From contig CM119266.1 of the NCBI GenBank assembly GCA_051294375.1, positions 13,580,735 to 13,644,734 on the forward strand: a stretch of 64,000 nt of DNA, given 5' to 3'. The DNA is from Paraspadella gotoi (lineage: Eukaryota; Animalia; Chaetognatha). Position 1 is the stretch's first letter. Each line of letters begins with the position of its first letter. This document shows positions 13,091-25,945 of the stretch, piece after piece. The notes under the pieces are model-generated. The model saw only the letters and a list, made by a program, of their open reading frames with translations. It did not search any database and was not told where the DNA came from. A program made the position numbers and the translations under genes.

Positions 13091-16000
13091 TGATAAATTT
13101 TTCATTACTTTCCTTATTTTTTCGAATTCAGCATTTTTTTTACCTACTTTTCTTCTTTTTTCTTCCTTTCTCATTCCTTATTTCATTTTTTGAACTTTTG
13201 AATCTCTTCCCCTTATCTCTTATCTTTCTTTTAGTTTTATCCTTTGCTTTCTTTAAATCGGATCAAACCTCCTTTTACTTTTATGATATCCCTGCTTTAC
13301 TGTTGGTCTTTGACTGTTTTCTCTCATCAAAAATTTTCGGACTACCATATTTCCCAGCTATCATGCAGTCTTAGCAATTGTTGTTTCTGATTCACGAAAC
13401 TGGACTATTTACAAATTGTGTTTCACGGCTTTGTCCATTTTAACTTGCATATTTAATTCAAGCAGCCGATTAGCAAATGCCGTAGAGCTGCAATATCTTC
13501 GTCCGAATTTCTCGCTTCTACACGTGTCTTTCTTTCTGTCATCTACCTTCCCCACTCTCCTGTCCAAGCAACCCCGCTCACGGACGCCCCCTTCCCCCCC
13601 GAAACCTTTGCCGGGTTATTGCGACGTTTTTATGCCCGCGAATAAAATTGTAAGACCGAACGTGAGTAGGACGTTCTAAACGAAATAGTTTTGTGTGAGC
13701 AGGCACGGCGCTGTAAACCAGAACTACATACTTTTGTTTCTCTTTTATTTTAAAAATTCAAATAGCGTGACCTCTCTCTCTCTCTCTGTCTCTCTCTCTC
13801 TCTCTGTTTGACTCTCTCTCTCAGACTTTTTCTCTCTGTTCGGAGACATAAAAAGAAAACATTACTTTTATAGACATTTTTTGAATGGGTAATGTATGAA
13901 GCTCTTGAATTCGGATCCCGAAACTCGGCTCTGCAATTCTCGCTCTCTTATTGCGAGAACTCTCTCTCTCTTTCTCTCTCTCTCTCTTTCTCCCTCTCTC
14001 TCTCTCTTTCTCTCTCTCTCTCTATTTTATTGTGGAAACACGGGAAGAAGTGAGGGCGGGAAAATCTTTTCGGTTCCCATCGGAATTCTGTTTTCATGGC
14101 GTCGGTGAAACGAGGGATTTGATTTCCTTCTCGCTCGGGATGGCAGGATGCTCGGTTCTCTGTTTTCCTCACTAAATCGTCCCTTTTACATTCTCACTGG
14201 TTATTTTTTACTTTACATTTCATTCATCTGTGATGTTGTCATTGTCATTGTCATTGTCATTGTCAATGTCCAGTACTGGCTTTTAACACAATCATACTTT
14301 GCTTGGTGCAATGAGCAAATTTATCAGCGATGCATTGCGGAATTCTAATTCGGCATCTCGCTGATTAACTATAAAATGTAATATATCCATTGAAGACGCA
14401 AATGATTTTTCGAGAAGTTTTGAGCTAAAAAACCCGGATGTAACCTAAATCCTCTCAATAGTGTTTGCGTTTATAAATCTTCTTTTAAAAGAAACATCTC
14501 GTTTCCGTATTTTCGAGTTCCGACCTTCCTTCCCCGTACAAATCGTTCTTGAGCTCCGGGTTTAGAACGCGAACTTAATCGCCAAAATGCGATTTAAGTT
14601 TTTTTTTCGAATGCGATTTTAATCGTATCTCCGTCGAATCATTCATTTTCAAAAAAAAAATATTTTAAGAAGATTTTAACGCTTATGTGGCAGCTTCGGC
14701 TGTATAATGTCGATTGTATAAATGTAGATGTTTTGCTGTCAATTGCCGATCGTTTTCCAGTTGTCCACCAATACAGAAAATAAAATAATAAGACTTAGAT
14801 TTTCAAAGAGAAGACCGAGGAAATATAATGGGGCTGAAGAAAATAGCGTTCGGAGAAACGTGGGTTGAAGGGAAAGAAAGGGGGGTGGGGGAAATCGGGG
14901 ATTTAAAGATTTAACTTTTCTTTTTTTATTTACGAATTTTCGTTTTTCGGATGAATGGTCTTTCCTCTCAAGGGTCGCGTTATCAAACGAAGAAGAAATC
15001 AAGCAACAATAACAACGACAACATCGACAACAACAACAGCAACAAGGACCGTTTCTATTTCCGTTCCAGAAAGAAATCTGCCTGCGCATAAACATCGCCT
15101 TCCTTTAACTAGCCTCAACTCACCTCACAACGCCCCCTCTCGTCTCGGACATCGCACCTGTGAGACCTAACCCCGTCAGCCCTCTCACTCTCTCTCATTC
15201 TCTCTCGAAAAAAAATGAAGGAATCCTTTACCTACCTCTAATATTTACTTACCATCTTTTTCTTCCCCTTTTTTCTCATCCTTTTTATTTCATTCATTTT
15301 TACGTTTAATCCCTTTCGAAGCTAAAAAGGGAACTTTTTTCACTTATTCATGGGCAAATGCATTAAAGCAATTTTTCTGTAGTCCCACGCGCCTTGGATT
15401 CAAAGAGATAGGGGAGAATGACGAAGAGAGAGAGAGAAAGAAAGAAAGAGAGAGAAAGAGGAAAGGAGAGATAAAAAAGAGAAGAAATAGAGAATATGTT
15501 TTGAAATGATATACAATAAAAACGAGAGAAGCCGAGACGAAGCTCCTGCGTTATTTGTATTTTTAGTTTACAAAAAAAGAAAAAAGAAAAAAAAGCCCCC
15601 ACAAAAGAAAACACGTGGGCATTCCATTTATCTCTTCTCCTTTGCGCCATTTTTATTTTTATTTATCACTGCTCTTTTATTTTTTTCCTCCGGGTTGTCT
15701 ACTCGCCATTTTGTTTGTAACCATGCGGTTGATTGAAAGTAATGGGTCGTTATTTGTCATTCTTAAAATTCTCTTTCTCTCTTTCTCATGAAACGACTTT
15801 GCCGAGTCAAAAACCTTCGTTTGTCCGCGCATGCGCAAAGTCTGCGTGATCGTAAAAAACCTTCGACGCGTGACGCTTATCTCTTTTCCTTTTTTCTTTC
15901 TTCCGTTCAAGCTTCCGTATACTTTTTTTTCTTCTTCTTCTCAGCTCCCATCACCCGTGACTCCGTCTCTCTCTTTTCTCTTTTCACGCGCGAGAAACGT

Positions 16001-16169
16001 CGAATCAACGTCGACAGGTTTTACGACGTCGCTCGACTGTTGACTGTTGACCCTCAGTCACCCGGCGACTGGCGATGACAGGGTTTTTTTTTTGTCAACT
16101 CTGCGGAGAAAAAAAGAAAGAAATTCTTCTCCTTTTTTTTCTCCCTGTTTTTGTGTTCCTATTTCCGAC

Positions 16170-16223
<54 letters not shown>

Positions 16224-19200
16224 CATCTTTCTCAGATTTTTCGTTCCTTCTCTCCTTCTCTCAACCCGGTCTGAAAGGATCAAGGATCAGAATCAAAAAG
16301 GTCGCATTCGACTTTTTATCGTTTCCAAATTGTCGAGTGATATTTCCAGGATAAATTTGTATAGAAGTGAAATAAAAATATAAAAAACTGCAGTTTGAGT
16401 CCGCGTATTTAACGCGGTTTATACTTTTACACTTCTTCAACTGTTCACCGGTTTTCCCTTTCATTTTGTTTACGACAACGAAAACAACAACTACAACAAC
16501 GACGACGGAAGCGAAGCGCAGAAGAAAAAGAGCGCCGTTTGGGTTAAATCTCCCGAACCGGCGCGCGCCGAAGCCAGCTGGCGCGGCGGCGGAAACTTCG
16601 GCTGGGGGCCTTGGGAGAGTCTGTTTCCGCCAGCGAGGCAGTTATGTCGTTTTCGTTGGAGAAGCGGGAGAGGGGCTTGAAGAAATTCGAAATATGATGA
16701 GGAGATTGACAGACTTTTCGACAAAGTTTGAGTCGATCAAAATTTCACTTCACGGGCAGGATCACTGATCACTGAATTTGGAAAAGAAGAACTTTCTTTT
16801 TTTNNNNNNNNNNNNNNNNNNNNNNNNNNNNNNNNNNNNNNNNNNNNNNNNNNNNNNNNNNNNNNNNNNNNNNNNNNNNNNNNNNNNNNNNNNNNNNNNN
16901 NNNNNNNNNNNNNNNNNNNNNNNNNNNNNNNNNNNNNNNNNNNNNNNNNNNNNNNNNNNNNNNNNNNNNNNNNNNNNNNNNNNNNNNNNNNNNNNNNNNN
17001 NNNNNNNNNTCGTCTAGAGACAAAACAACTCGCTTCTTCCGCCCCGCGCCCTCCCACTGTCACGCCCTTGGCCACGCCCTTTCGCGTTTTCGGTCACGCC
17101 CCTTNNNNNNNNNNGAAATCGTTAAGAACCTCGATTAGCGAAAAACTCGGGTTCGATCGACGTCGTCGTCGTCGTCGTCGCCGTTCGACGCCGTTTCCGA
17201 CGCGAGACGCTCGATGGCGCGCCACGAGTCGTTGTCGTGACGTCACGGTCGTTTGGAGTCTGCGAGAGAGGGAGGGGTTGAGAGGGGTTGGGGAGTGATG
17301 GAATGAGGGTGGAACTTTATTGGGACGAAGGGTCGGTGAGAAATTGGGGGGGTTAATATTTTTTTAAGGGAAATGAGGTGGAGGGCCCTAAAACGGTCGG
17401 AAGTTCTTAAAAATTCAAAAGAAAAATGAGCTGAATGAAAGAGTGGCCTTTTCTTAGGGGACTGGGGATAGTTAAAGCATTAAAGTCATAGCGGGTTGGC
17501 TCGGCGCGGGTTATAAAGGTGAGTTCGCTTTGAAAGAGACGGGGATCGCGATATAAACGTTTCCAAGGTGAGTCAATACTCCGTTGTTTGGCCGTCTTAC
17601 CTTCCGCTCGATAAGAATGAGAATAGAACCGATTGCCTTCCGGGCGACACTTTTCTGTGGAAGGTAGGGAACGCGAGAGGTGATTGAAAACGTTGTTTTT
17701 CCCTTGTGAAGGTTGAACTAACGTTTGAATTGATCAGTCTCCCTTAAGAAAGAATTAGAGAGAGAGAGAGAGAGAGAGAGANNNNNNNNNNNNNNNNNNN
17801 NNNNNNCCTCGGGATTGTTATGCTTAATAATACAAGAAGCAGGTATGATTCCAAACTTGTGTGCGCCGCTGGTGACTGTGGGACTTATCGGGCGTGTATT
17901 CTCCGATGACATGACATAGGAGCGAAAAAAAGATCTTGAGGGAATAAAACTTGTTAAATAAAGGGATATCTCGTCCTCTTAAAATCACAGTTTATAAATT
18001 CACTCGTGCCCGAGTAATATACACCCAAAAGGAAGCTCTGTTTTCGCTAATGTCGTATGTTCCTTTTCCACAAGAAGACACGTGTATTCAGAGAACTTGG
18101 GAGAGCAGCCTTACGAGGCCCTGACGCTTGCTGCTAAAGCTCCGCTTTGGTTTCAATCCACGCTTCTCCCTTCGCCATTCTTTTTCTGGAAAGCGAAACA
18201 ATATTCATTAAAAATTCATCAAAATAAATTGTTTTTAGAGATTAAAAGATTAGGTAAAGGTTAGGGATAAGGATTGAGCTAAGGAATTGGGTAGATAATT
18301 ATAGGTAAGGTTATATGATTATAATCATTGGTGATAGTGTTTCAAGGTAGGAGATAAAGTTAAATATTCGGGTTAAGATAAAGGTAATCATGTTAATAAT
18401 AATTCCTCGGAACGTTTTTGAGTCAAACTGACACCCAATAAGGCTGTCAATTACAATAAAAACATATTACTTTTTTTAAGTCTGCTTCTGTTTATAGATT
18501 TATCCATTTAATATTTAACTAAAATCACAAAATAAATAGATCAAATGAGTCAAATCTGAAATGTGCTTTGACATATTTTATCCTTAATACCATTCCACTC
18601 TGGAAGCTGACAGGAAAAAAATAGAAAACTTGTTTGTAAGCTAGATAATCATACGCCATCAACTTTGTATAGCCCCACGACCTTTAACACACTAGTGATT
18701 TCAGCTGGCCTTACTACAATCTTCGATCTCGGACGGCTTCGGGTCCGTGCTTTATATATTCGGGCATGGTGGGTTCGGACCGCCTTTCATTTGTCTGCCC
18801 TTCTCGTCACCGAGGGAAAGTCGCCCGATGGGAATGCACCGGAAAATCCCGAGTCTATCGTCGACAGTATTTGACTGGCCCTGTCCAGAGCAGGAGATGT
18901 CAATCGCATAAGTTCATCCGGAGACCAATACAATCTCGAGCCCGCTTTTCCCTTGACGCCTCACCTGTCGGCTTACACTGTTCGAGGCTCCTGACCGACC
19001 GTCTCTTTCACGTTTTTTCCATACCTCCCACGTTTGACATTATAGTCGCCATCTCTACTTATCTTTTATTATGTTGTTTTTCATTCATTTAATCCGAGTT
19101 GGGAATATTTACGTTTACGGAGCTTCTCACCAATCACAGCGATCTTATTACGTATTTTGAAAGAACGCCGGGTTCGGTGGGTGCTTTTGCTTGGCAGAAC

Positions 19201-19508
19201 TGACACGTTCTCAGTCTAATTTGATCGTCGACCTGGCCGAACTATATGGTGAATAGACCTTGCATTAATGTCGACGCATTGAGCATTCGCTTTGATTTAG
19301 AGGATGGACTTACGAGGCGGAGGCATAAAAGGTAAAAAAGGAACGTTTGTTCGAGAGGGCAGAGTGTGGGGCATGGGACGGGAGGTAGGGTGCAGGAAGA
19401 GTGAGGCAAGATGAGGTAGTAAGGGTCAAAGGAGAAGAAGCTCTTTTGATTGAAGGGCAAGTGTATCGCATTGTCTTTTCCACCTATTAGGGGTATACTT
19501 ATTTTATC

Positions 19509-19533
19509 CAACGGAGGCAGGAGGGAGAGGGAT
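19509..19533 (+). other. Degraded PacBio SMRTbell adapter-like remnant
   Basis: CAACGGAGGCAGGAGGGAGAGGGAT resembles the adapter segment CAACGGAGGAGGAGGAAAAGAGAGAGAT and lies at the axis of the inverted duplication. Confidence 0.6.
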
Positions 19534-19886
19534 TATTTCCTCAGGGAACATGTCCTCCTCCTATGTCTTCTCTCTCTCCTCTCTCTCTTCTCTCCTCGCC
19601 CCTCCATCTCTCTCTCTCTCTCTCTCTCTTCTGCTCTCTCTCTCTTCACACACACTCGCGCTCCTTGCCGTTTCCTTCCACCTCTATTCTCACTAAAGGA
19701 AGGCGATTCTCGAGCGATAAAGTTTTTTATTTCTCCCGAATTTCTGGGAATTCTCTTTTTAATCTTTTTCAGGTTGTCTTTTTTATTTTCCAAGCAGGAT
19801 GCTTCCTTTTTCTTGGAACCGTCGTTTCAAAGGCAACGGTGGAATTATCAAACGTTAATTTTCCAGGTCATATATAATGAAATGAT

Positions 19887-20125
19887 TTAAAACGAAGTAA
19901 TTGAGTCGATGATTGTATCATAAAATGAGGGAAAGAGCTGGAGAGTGAGGGGGTGGCGAGGGAAGGGGGCTGGCGAGGCCACATTGAATCGTCGACGGGC
20001 GTCAAATTCGTCAGAGACTCGAGTTTTGTGAGGTTTCCTTTCGGCGCGTACGGTCACGAAGGGCAACATGTCGTCGGACATCAGCTCGAAGCCGAAAACG
20101 AGCAGCAGTCGCAGAGTGGCGAATA
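19887..20125 (-). CDS. MARVEL TM4/terminal exon ((V)FATLRLLLVFGFELM…), probably the last exon of gene A
   Basis: Pyrimidine tract plus aatag| acceptor. A hydrophobic xFxxL start parallels gene B's IFSFINTLFY exon. The frame is open to a TAA at 19887, but one base appears to be missing at the acceptor. Confidence 0.45.
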
Positions 20126-20982
20126 CTATTTGGAAAGAAGGGGGAGAGAGGAGGTTATGTATTTTACCTTTCAACAAATTTTATTTTTTTAGCTGTCCGT
20201 TTAGCAAGTTTGATTATAAGTAAAATAATGTCAAAGACATTCAGTATTTTTGACATCACATTGATCTATTTTGGATTTTAGCTGTAATATAAATGGATTA
20301 AATCTAATAACAGAAAAGCAGACTTAAAAGAAGAATATGTTTATTGTAACTTGACAGCCTTATTGTGGTGTCATATGTTTTACTCTCAAAACGTTCCGCG
20401 AGGAGATTATTATTAATGATCACCTTTAGATCTTTTAACCGCCGAATATTTATACTGTTAATCCTCCTAACCTTGAACCATTTATCAATGAGTTAGTTAA
20501 CTCATTAAACCTTTAACTTATAATTTCTACCTAATTCCTCTTAGACCTAATCCTTATCCCTAACCTTTAACCTTAATCTTTAATCTTTAAAACAATTTTA
20601 TTTTGGATTTTTAACTGAATATGTTCGCTTTCGGAAAAGATGCCGAAGGGAGAAGCGGGGATGAAACCAAAGCGAGTAGAGCAGCGTCAAGCAGCTCGAA
20701 GCTGCTCTCAAGTTCTCGTTGGAAGGAACATACGAACATAGGAACAGAGCTTCTTTTGGCGTGTTTTATACTCGGACGAGTGAATTTATAACGGATTTTA
20801 AGAGGACGAGATTCCTTTTTAACAGTTTTATTCCCTCAGATCTTTTTCGCTCTCACTCATGTCATGTTCATGAGAAATACACGGTGATAAGGCAGGTCAC
20901 ACGCGGCGCAACAACATTGAATTACTGTTCTTGTTTTTACATAAATCGCAAGGCAATGTTTATGCGGTCAGTGGTAACTCAC

Positions 20983-21194
20983 CACGGAGGCGACGGCGAT
21001 TCCAACGAAGATCCCAATTCGTCGTCTTGGCGGCGTCTTGGTTTGACACAGGCCAGCGTGGCGTTGCCACTGGCGGCGCAGGCGACGTCAAAGAATGCGA
21101 TTGGATATTTGTTGACGTCAGTCAGCCACCCCACAAAAACTTAGCTGTGCCAAAGTAAGGAGAAGTATGAGAGACCAGGTTCGACAAAGACGTC
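20983..21194 (-). CDS. MARVEL TM3/loop exon (DVFV.LVS(L)ILLLTL…DVACAASGNATLACV…GIFVGIAVASV), probably gene A in a mis-inverted segment
   Basis: ttctctgcag| acceptor and |gtgagt donor. It starts with D, like the equivalent gene B exon (DLVYS). It is 212 nt and needs several 1-nt indels, consistent with unpolished long-read sequence. Confidence 0.55.
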
Positions 21195-21383
21195 CTGCAG
21201 AGAAACGGAATAATGGATTTAAAAGGGCCTTTTCCAGCCTCGCTAACTCTCTCTCTCCTCTCCCTTCTTCTCTTTCTCCTTTCTGACGCCGCCTCTGTAA
21301 TAGTGTTTTCGCCAACAGTGTGCGAACAGATTTTTTTTCGTTTTCCTCAATAAACGTCAAAGCGTCTAAGTCGTCCCGCTCTC

Positions 21384-21446
<63 letters not shown>

Positions 21447-22661
21447 CCTTCTCCTCTCGTTCTCTCTCTCTGAGAGAATGTTCCCTGAGGATTTCTTCTT
21501 GTTCTTTTAATCTTACTTAAATTCAAGTTTTTTAAAGAGGTAGTAGTTTAACCAACCATGCGTTTGATTTTAAACGAAATTCGTTGATCAAAAAGTTTTT
21601 TGCAATTTTTTATTCCTGTTAATTTTTATACCGTTGGAACATTAAATGTTACTGATCGTTCGCTTCACCTGCCTTGCTGGCTTATTTATTGTCATTTTTT
21701 GTATTTAAACTATCCGTAAATTTGTGTCCATACCTATTTAATTTGCCCATAGATAACTATATACATACTTTCACTAAAGTAATTAAATTGAGCAGAAAGA
21801 TAGCACGTTTTTTTTTCTGTCGAAAAAAGTCACAGCGGGTTCGGTTGTATGTACAAAAAAAATAAATAATAGTTAATAAATTAAATTTCAAACGGACTTC
21901 AGGAAAAGAAAGGCAGGAAATGGTTTACGTCTTTCNNNNNNNNNNNNNNNNNNNNNNNNNNNNNNNNNNNNNNNNNNNNNNNNNNNNNNNNNNNNNNNNN
22001 NNNNNNNNNNNNNNNNNNNNNNNNNNNNNNNNNNNNNNNNNNNNNNNNNNNNNNNNNNNNNNNNNNNNNNNNNNNNNNNNNNNNNNNNNNNNNNNNNNNN
22101 NNNNNNNNNNNNNNNNNNNNTATATATCCTCTTGTTTTCTTTCTAAAAAGCGAGAAAGAAAAAACGAAAACAAGGAAAGTCTTAAGCGAGACACGCTCCG
22201 AAGGACCAAACGTTTTCTTTTTTTAAAAAACTGTGACCAAAATGCAAGGAGTGGACGGAAAAAAATAACAAAATACAGCAGAAAGAAAACATATCAGAAT
22301 AAAACAATTTCGAGACGGGAGGAAAAAACTGGAAAAGAAAACACCAAAAAAACAAAAACGTTTATCGGTTTTTGTTTTTTGGAAACATGAGAAATCCAAG
22401 TCGGTGAAAAAGAAAGGGAATCGACGATGATAATCTATGAGATACGAGACGAAGAAAGAAAAACTGTCATTTGTCGGAAAATAACTGGAGATACGGATCC
22501 GTCTTTGTTTCGATTATCGAATTAGGCGATGAATCAGTTTTGTTTTTTGTTTTTTTTTTTTGTTGTCCGATGCGTTTTCTTTTGTTTTGGTTCGTTTTCC
22601 CCTCGATCAGGCCAAAGTCGTTCTCGATTCCTGATCGTCCACGACGGTGAACTGAACGTTG

Positions 22662-23096
22662 TTAATTCGTTGTTTTCCGGCCGCTTCCGGCTTGCGCCGC
22701 TCCTGCCGCCGCCGGCGGCCACCGTTGGGCAATTGCGAGTTTTTCGAGTGATGATGACCGGTCGCCGCCGCGGCGGCAGCGGCTGCAGCGGGCGGCGGCG
22801 CGACGTTCGTAGTCCGTCTGTGGGTGAAGTTGATGGCGCCCTCCTCCGCTACGCGAGGCCGCGCGGACGGCGAAGGAGACGCCGGCTTTGACGGCGTCCC
22901 TCGGCGACGTCACGGCCGACGTCATCGCCGACGTCATCGTCGTCGACGCCACGATTCGTCTGGTGCTCCGGCGACTGTCGGCGGAGACGTCGTGGTCTCC
23001 CAATGCGCAGAACCCCTGGACGAGCCGCTTGTACCACAAGAAGCGGCGCGTAGACCGACGCCCGCCGTAGAAGAGGGTGTTGATGAAGCTGAAAAT
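22662..23096 (-). CDS. Gene B terminal exon: MARVEL TM4 (IFSFINTLFYG…FLWYK) plus a low-complexity C-terminal tail
   Basis: ctctctccacag| acceptor, phase 0. IFSFINTLFYG matches the MARVEL TM4 pattern xFxFxxTxxY. The GC-rich open frame ends in TAA and may contain compensating indels. Confidence 0.75.
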   Translation of the reverse strand: MFSFINTLFYGGRRSTRRFLWYKRLVQGFCALGDHDVSADSRRSTRRIVASTTMTSAMTSAVTSPRDAVKAGVSFAVRAASRSGGGRHQLHPQTDYERRAAARCSRCRRGGDRSSSLEKLAIAQRWPPAAAGAAQAGSGRKTTN

Positions 23097-23907
23097 CTGT
23101 GGAGAGAGAAAATATAAAATGTAAAAAGACGGGTAAAGTTATAAATTTTTATTTTAACAACGATGTTAAAAATTACTTCGAGGGAAACGCTGTAACTGTT
23201 AGGAATTAAAACCAAAATCTCGGAAACTGAATTGCTATTTTGGGTAGAAAGGCAAAATTGATTAGCTTTTTGTTGGTTGTCGTTGAGTTGGAGTGCGAGT
23301 CCTTAGGTCTATTTATCGTCGTCGTCGTCATTTTAGTTTCTCAGTAACTTTCCAGTGTTTATTGGTTTTTATATTAAGAGTCGCACGGGAAATTGTTGAA
23401 CGGTGAACACTTGATTAAAATAAAAAAAAGAAAAAAAAAAGTGAAAGAAAAAAAATCAAGAGTGAAAACTGATAAATGAAGACTGAGAAGGCGTGATCTC
23501 TGGAGAAGTGTCGGAAAGAAGCGGGAAATCCGGAAAAAGGTGAGACATTGCAGAAAAAATGAGAAAGAATATTGCGCTAGGGTAAGAAGGCGGGGAAAAA
23601 AAAACGAGGGAAGGCGAGGTAGAGTGCGAATTGCCAACGGGCCCCAGCCACCGCCTCAGGGGAAAACTAATTAAAAGCGAGCTCCGATGAAAACCGAAGG
23701 GCGATTCGAAAGTTAACAACGAAAAAAAATAAAGAAGAAAAAAGGGGAAAAAAAGGAATAAGGTACGAAGAAAGGAAAAATAAACGAAAGAGCTTTTATT
23801 TTTTTTTTTTTGAATCAGGGATCGAGCGTCCGTTCATATTGATTTCGAAATTTTTGAAATTTCCAGAATCCATTGGATGAATTTTCATTCTGTGCTATCT
23901 CTAACCC

Positions 23908-23980
<73 letters not shown>

Positions 23981-24071
23981 TCTGTCTCTCTCTCTCTCTC
24001 TCTCTGCTCTTTCGGTTCCAGTGCGACGATGCAATAGGTTTCAAACCCAGACATCATCCGCTACTCCCTAC

Positions 24072-24240
24072 CCTGGATGCAAGATTGGTAAGGATCCGAC
24101 ACTCAGCGGTAGCGGCGATTGTAGGGCGGGTAGCAGGCGTTGCGTCGCTCCGTCGATGACGAGCTCTTCGCAGACAAAGACACTTTGAAGGATGGAGCGA
24201 TCAGTAGAAGAGGGTGGCACATCACAGAGTAGACCAAGTC
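24072..24240 (-). CDS. Gene B MARVEL TM3 exon (DLVYSVM.TLFY.IASILQSVFV…), with indel errors
   Basis: ccacag| acceptor followed by GAC TTG GTC TAC TCT GTG. It continues the preceding exon's …TIPFAFL into the typical iPWxxxD/ExxY segment. Frameshifts are needed, and the donor (|gtaggg) is uncertain. Confidence 0.65.
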
Positions 24241-25664
24241 CTGTGGTAAGGAAGCGGGGTGTTGCGGGGGGGGTCATTACATGACGATGAGGAAGACTCG
24301 GCACAGACAAGTTCTGACGAGAGGGTGGGAGGGGAACTTGGATAAGAAGAAGAAATGGATTTCAAATAACAGGTTTGTAGTTTTTTAATGTCAGATCGGA
24401 TATTTGTAAAATATATAAACATATGCACGAAGAAAAAAAACGGGCAAAACTCTCATTTTTGTTTTATATTTTATTAAAAATATTTCATATCAAAAATATC
24501 TAGTAAAAAAAAATAAATTAGCTCCAATCGAATTTACTGGGGCCTGAACAGAAGTCAATAGCCCGACCGATCTCCATTTAAATTTTCTATGCCTCCCATT
24601 TAAATCCGATACAATAATTCCAACTCCCTCCCCTCGTCTCCTCCCTGACTCGCTCTCTGTCTCACCCATTCTCCTCACAAAAGAACAAACTCGATCTCAT
24701 TTCGCATGCAGAAGAACCGAAACGAGAATATTACGTTGAGAAAAAAGCAAAAAAAAAAAAAGACAAAACATTGTCATGAAAACTGGGAGAGCGCCGTTAA
24801 AAGACCTATTTCCATGGGCGAAGACAAGGAGAGAAGGAGAGGGGGTGACAGGGCGTAGAGGGCGGAGAGCAGGGGACAGAGAGAGAGAGAAGAAAATGTC
24901 AAGAGCGTGTGGGTTTTTTAGTGTGAGGTTTAGTGATTGACTCAAAAGAAAGAGACAACAGAAAGATCTAAAGATGAGATGTTTGAAGTAAAAAAATTTC
25001 AACGGAGAGACAAAGTAGTTGTACCATCCGAGGCTTTTTTATCCTCGAAAGTCAGCAGAAAGTGTTTGACTTTAAGTTTGAAAAGGGAGGAGGGTGAAGT
25101 CTGAGGTGAGAAGCGCGAAGACTGACTGAGGAGAAAAAGAAGACATTGTGCGAAAACCTGATACGTTCTGAGAAAATTAATCAAAATAAGAAAAAAAAAA
25201 TCTTTTTCAATGGAATGAGCGGCGGGAAATAAAAAAAAAAAAAGATTAAAAAACATTGTTTCAAGGAACGGCTGCTAATTCTGAAACTGTGTTGTGCGTT
25301 TTCCGCTTTGACAAAAGGACTCATTTTCACTCTTACAACGTTTCCTATCAGTTTGGTTTTTCTCATCTTTTCTTTTCTATTTGTCTGTCTTTTCTCATTC
25401 TCGGATTTTATTTTTCATGCGACGTTTTTCCTTGAAACTTGCTCGAGATTTTTTTGGCTTCATGTCTTCCAGCGTCGCACAATAAGTATACATCATCAGA
25501 GACGTTATGAAGGTATGATAGAGCCAAGTGGGGGAAAACTGGAATCACAAACTCGCTCGCGCTAAACGAGCGACAGCCCATTATAATTCGCAGAGAGAAA
25601 AAAGAAAGTAGAAAAAGAGAGAATAGAGGAGAGAAGAGGAGAGTAGAGAAAAAGAGAGAAAGAG

Positions 25665-25708
25665 TAGTGAGTGAGTGAGTGAGGTGAAGGTGAGAGAGAG
25701 AGAGAGAG

Positions 25709-25765
<57 letters not shown>

Positions 25766-25945
25766 AAACGCGAAAACGGACCGCCTAAAAACGAGCGAGA
25801 AAGAGAGAGAAAAAGAGAAGAGAAATAAGTGAGTGAGTGAGTGAGTGAGTGAGTGAAGTGAGTGAGGTGAGTGAGTGAGTGAGTGAGTGAGTGAGTGAGT
25901 GAGTGAGAGAGAGAGAGAGACGAGAGAGAGAGAGACGAGAGAGAA
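25665..25945 (+). repeat. Compound (GAGT)n/(GA)n microsatellite with a local ~180 bp imperfect duplication
   Basis: Direct reading; gagagaaaacgcgaaaacggaccgcctaaaaa (~25760) resembles gagagaaaccggaaaaggacgcccctaaaaa (~25940). Confidence 0.85.

Larger units (their letters stand above)
17807..20950. repeat. Degenerate inverted duplication (17807-~19500 versus ~19534-20950)
   Basis: For example, 18481 tctgcttctgtttatagatttatccattta versus the reverse complement of 20291-20322. The left arm is insertion-rich and decays into noise towards the axis. Confidence 0.85.

Noticed and set aside
18600-19500. ORFs 18665-18874, 18766-19092 and 19242-19511
   Set aside because: They lie in the noisy reverse-complement arm of the fold-back read.
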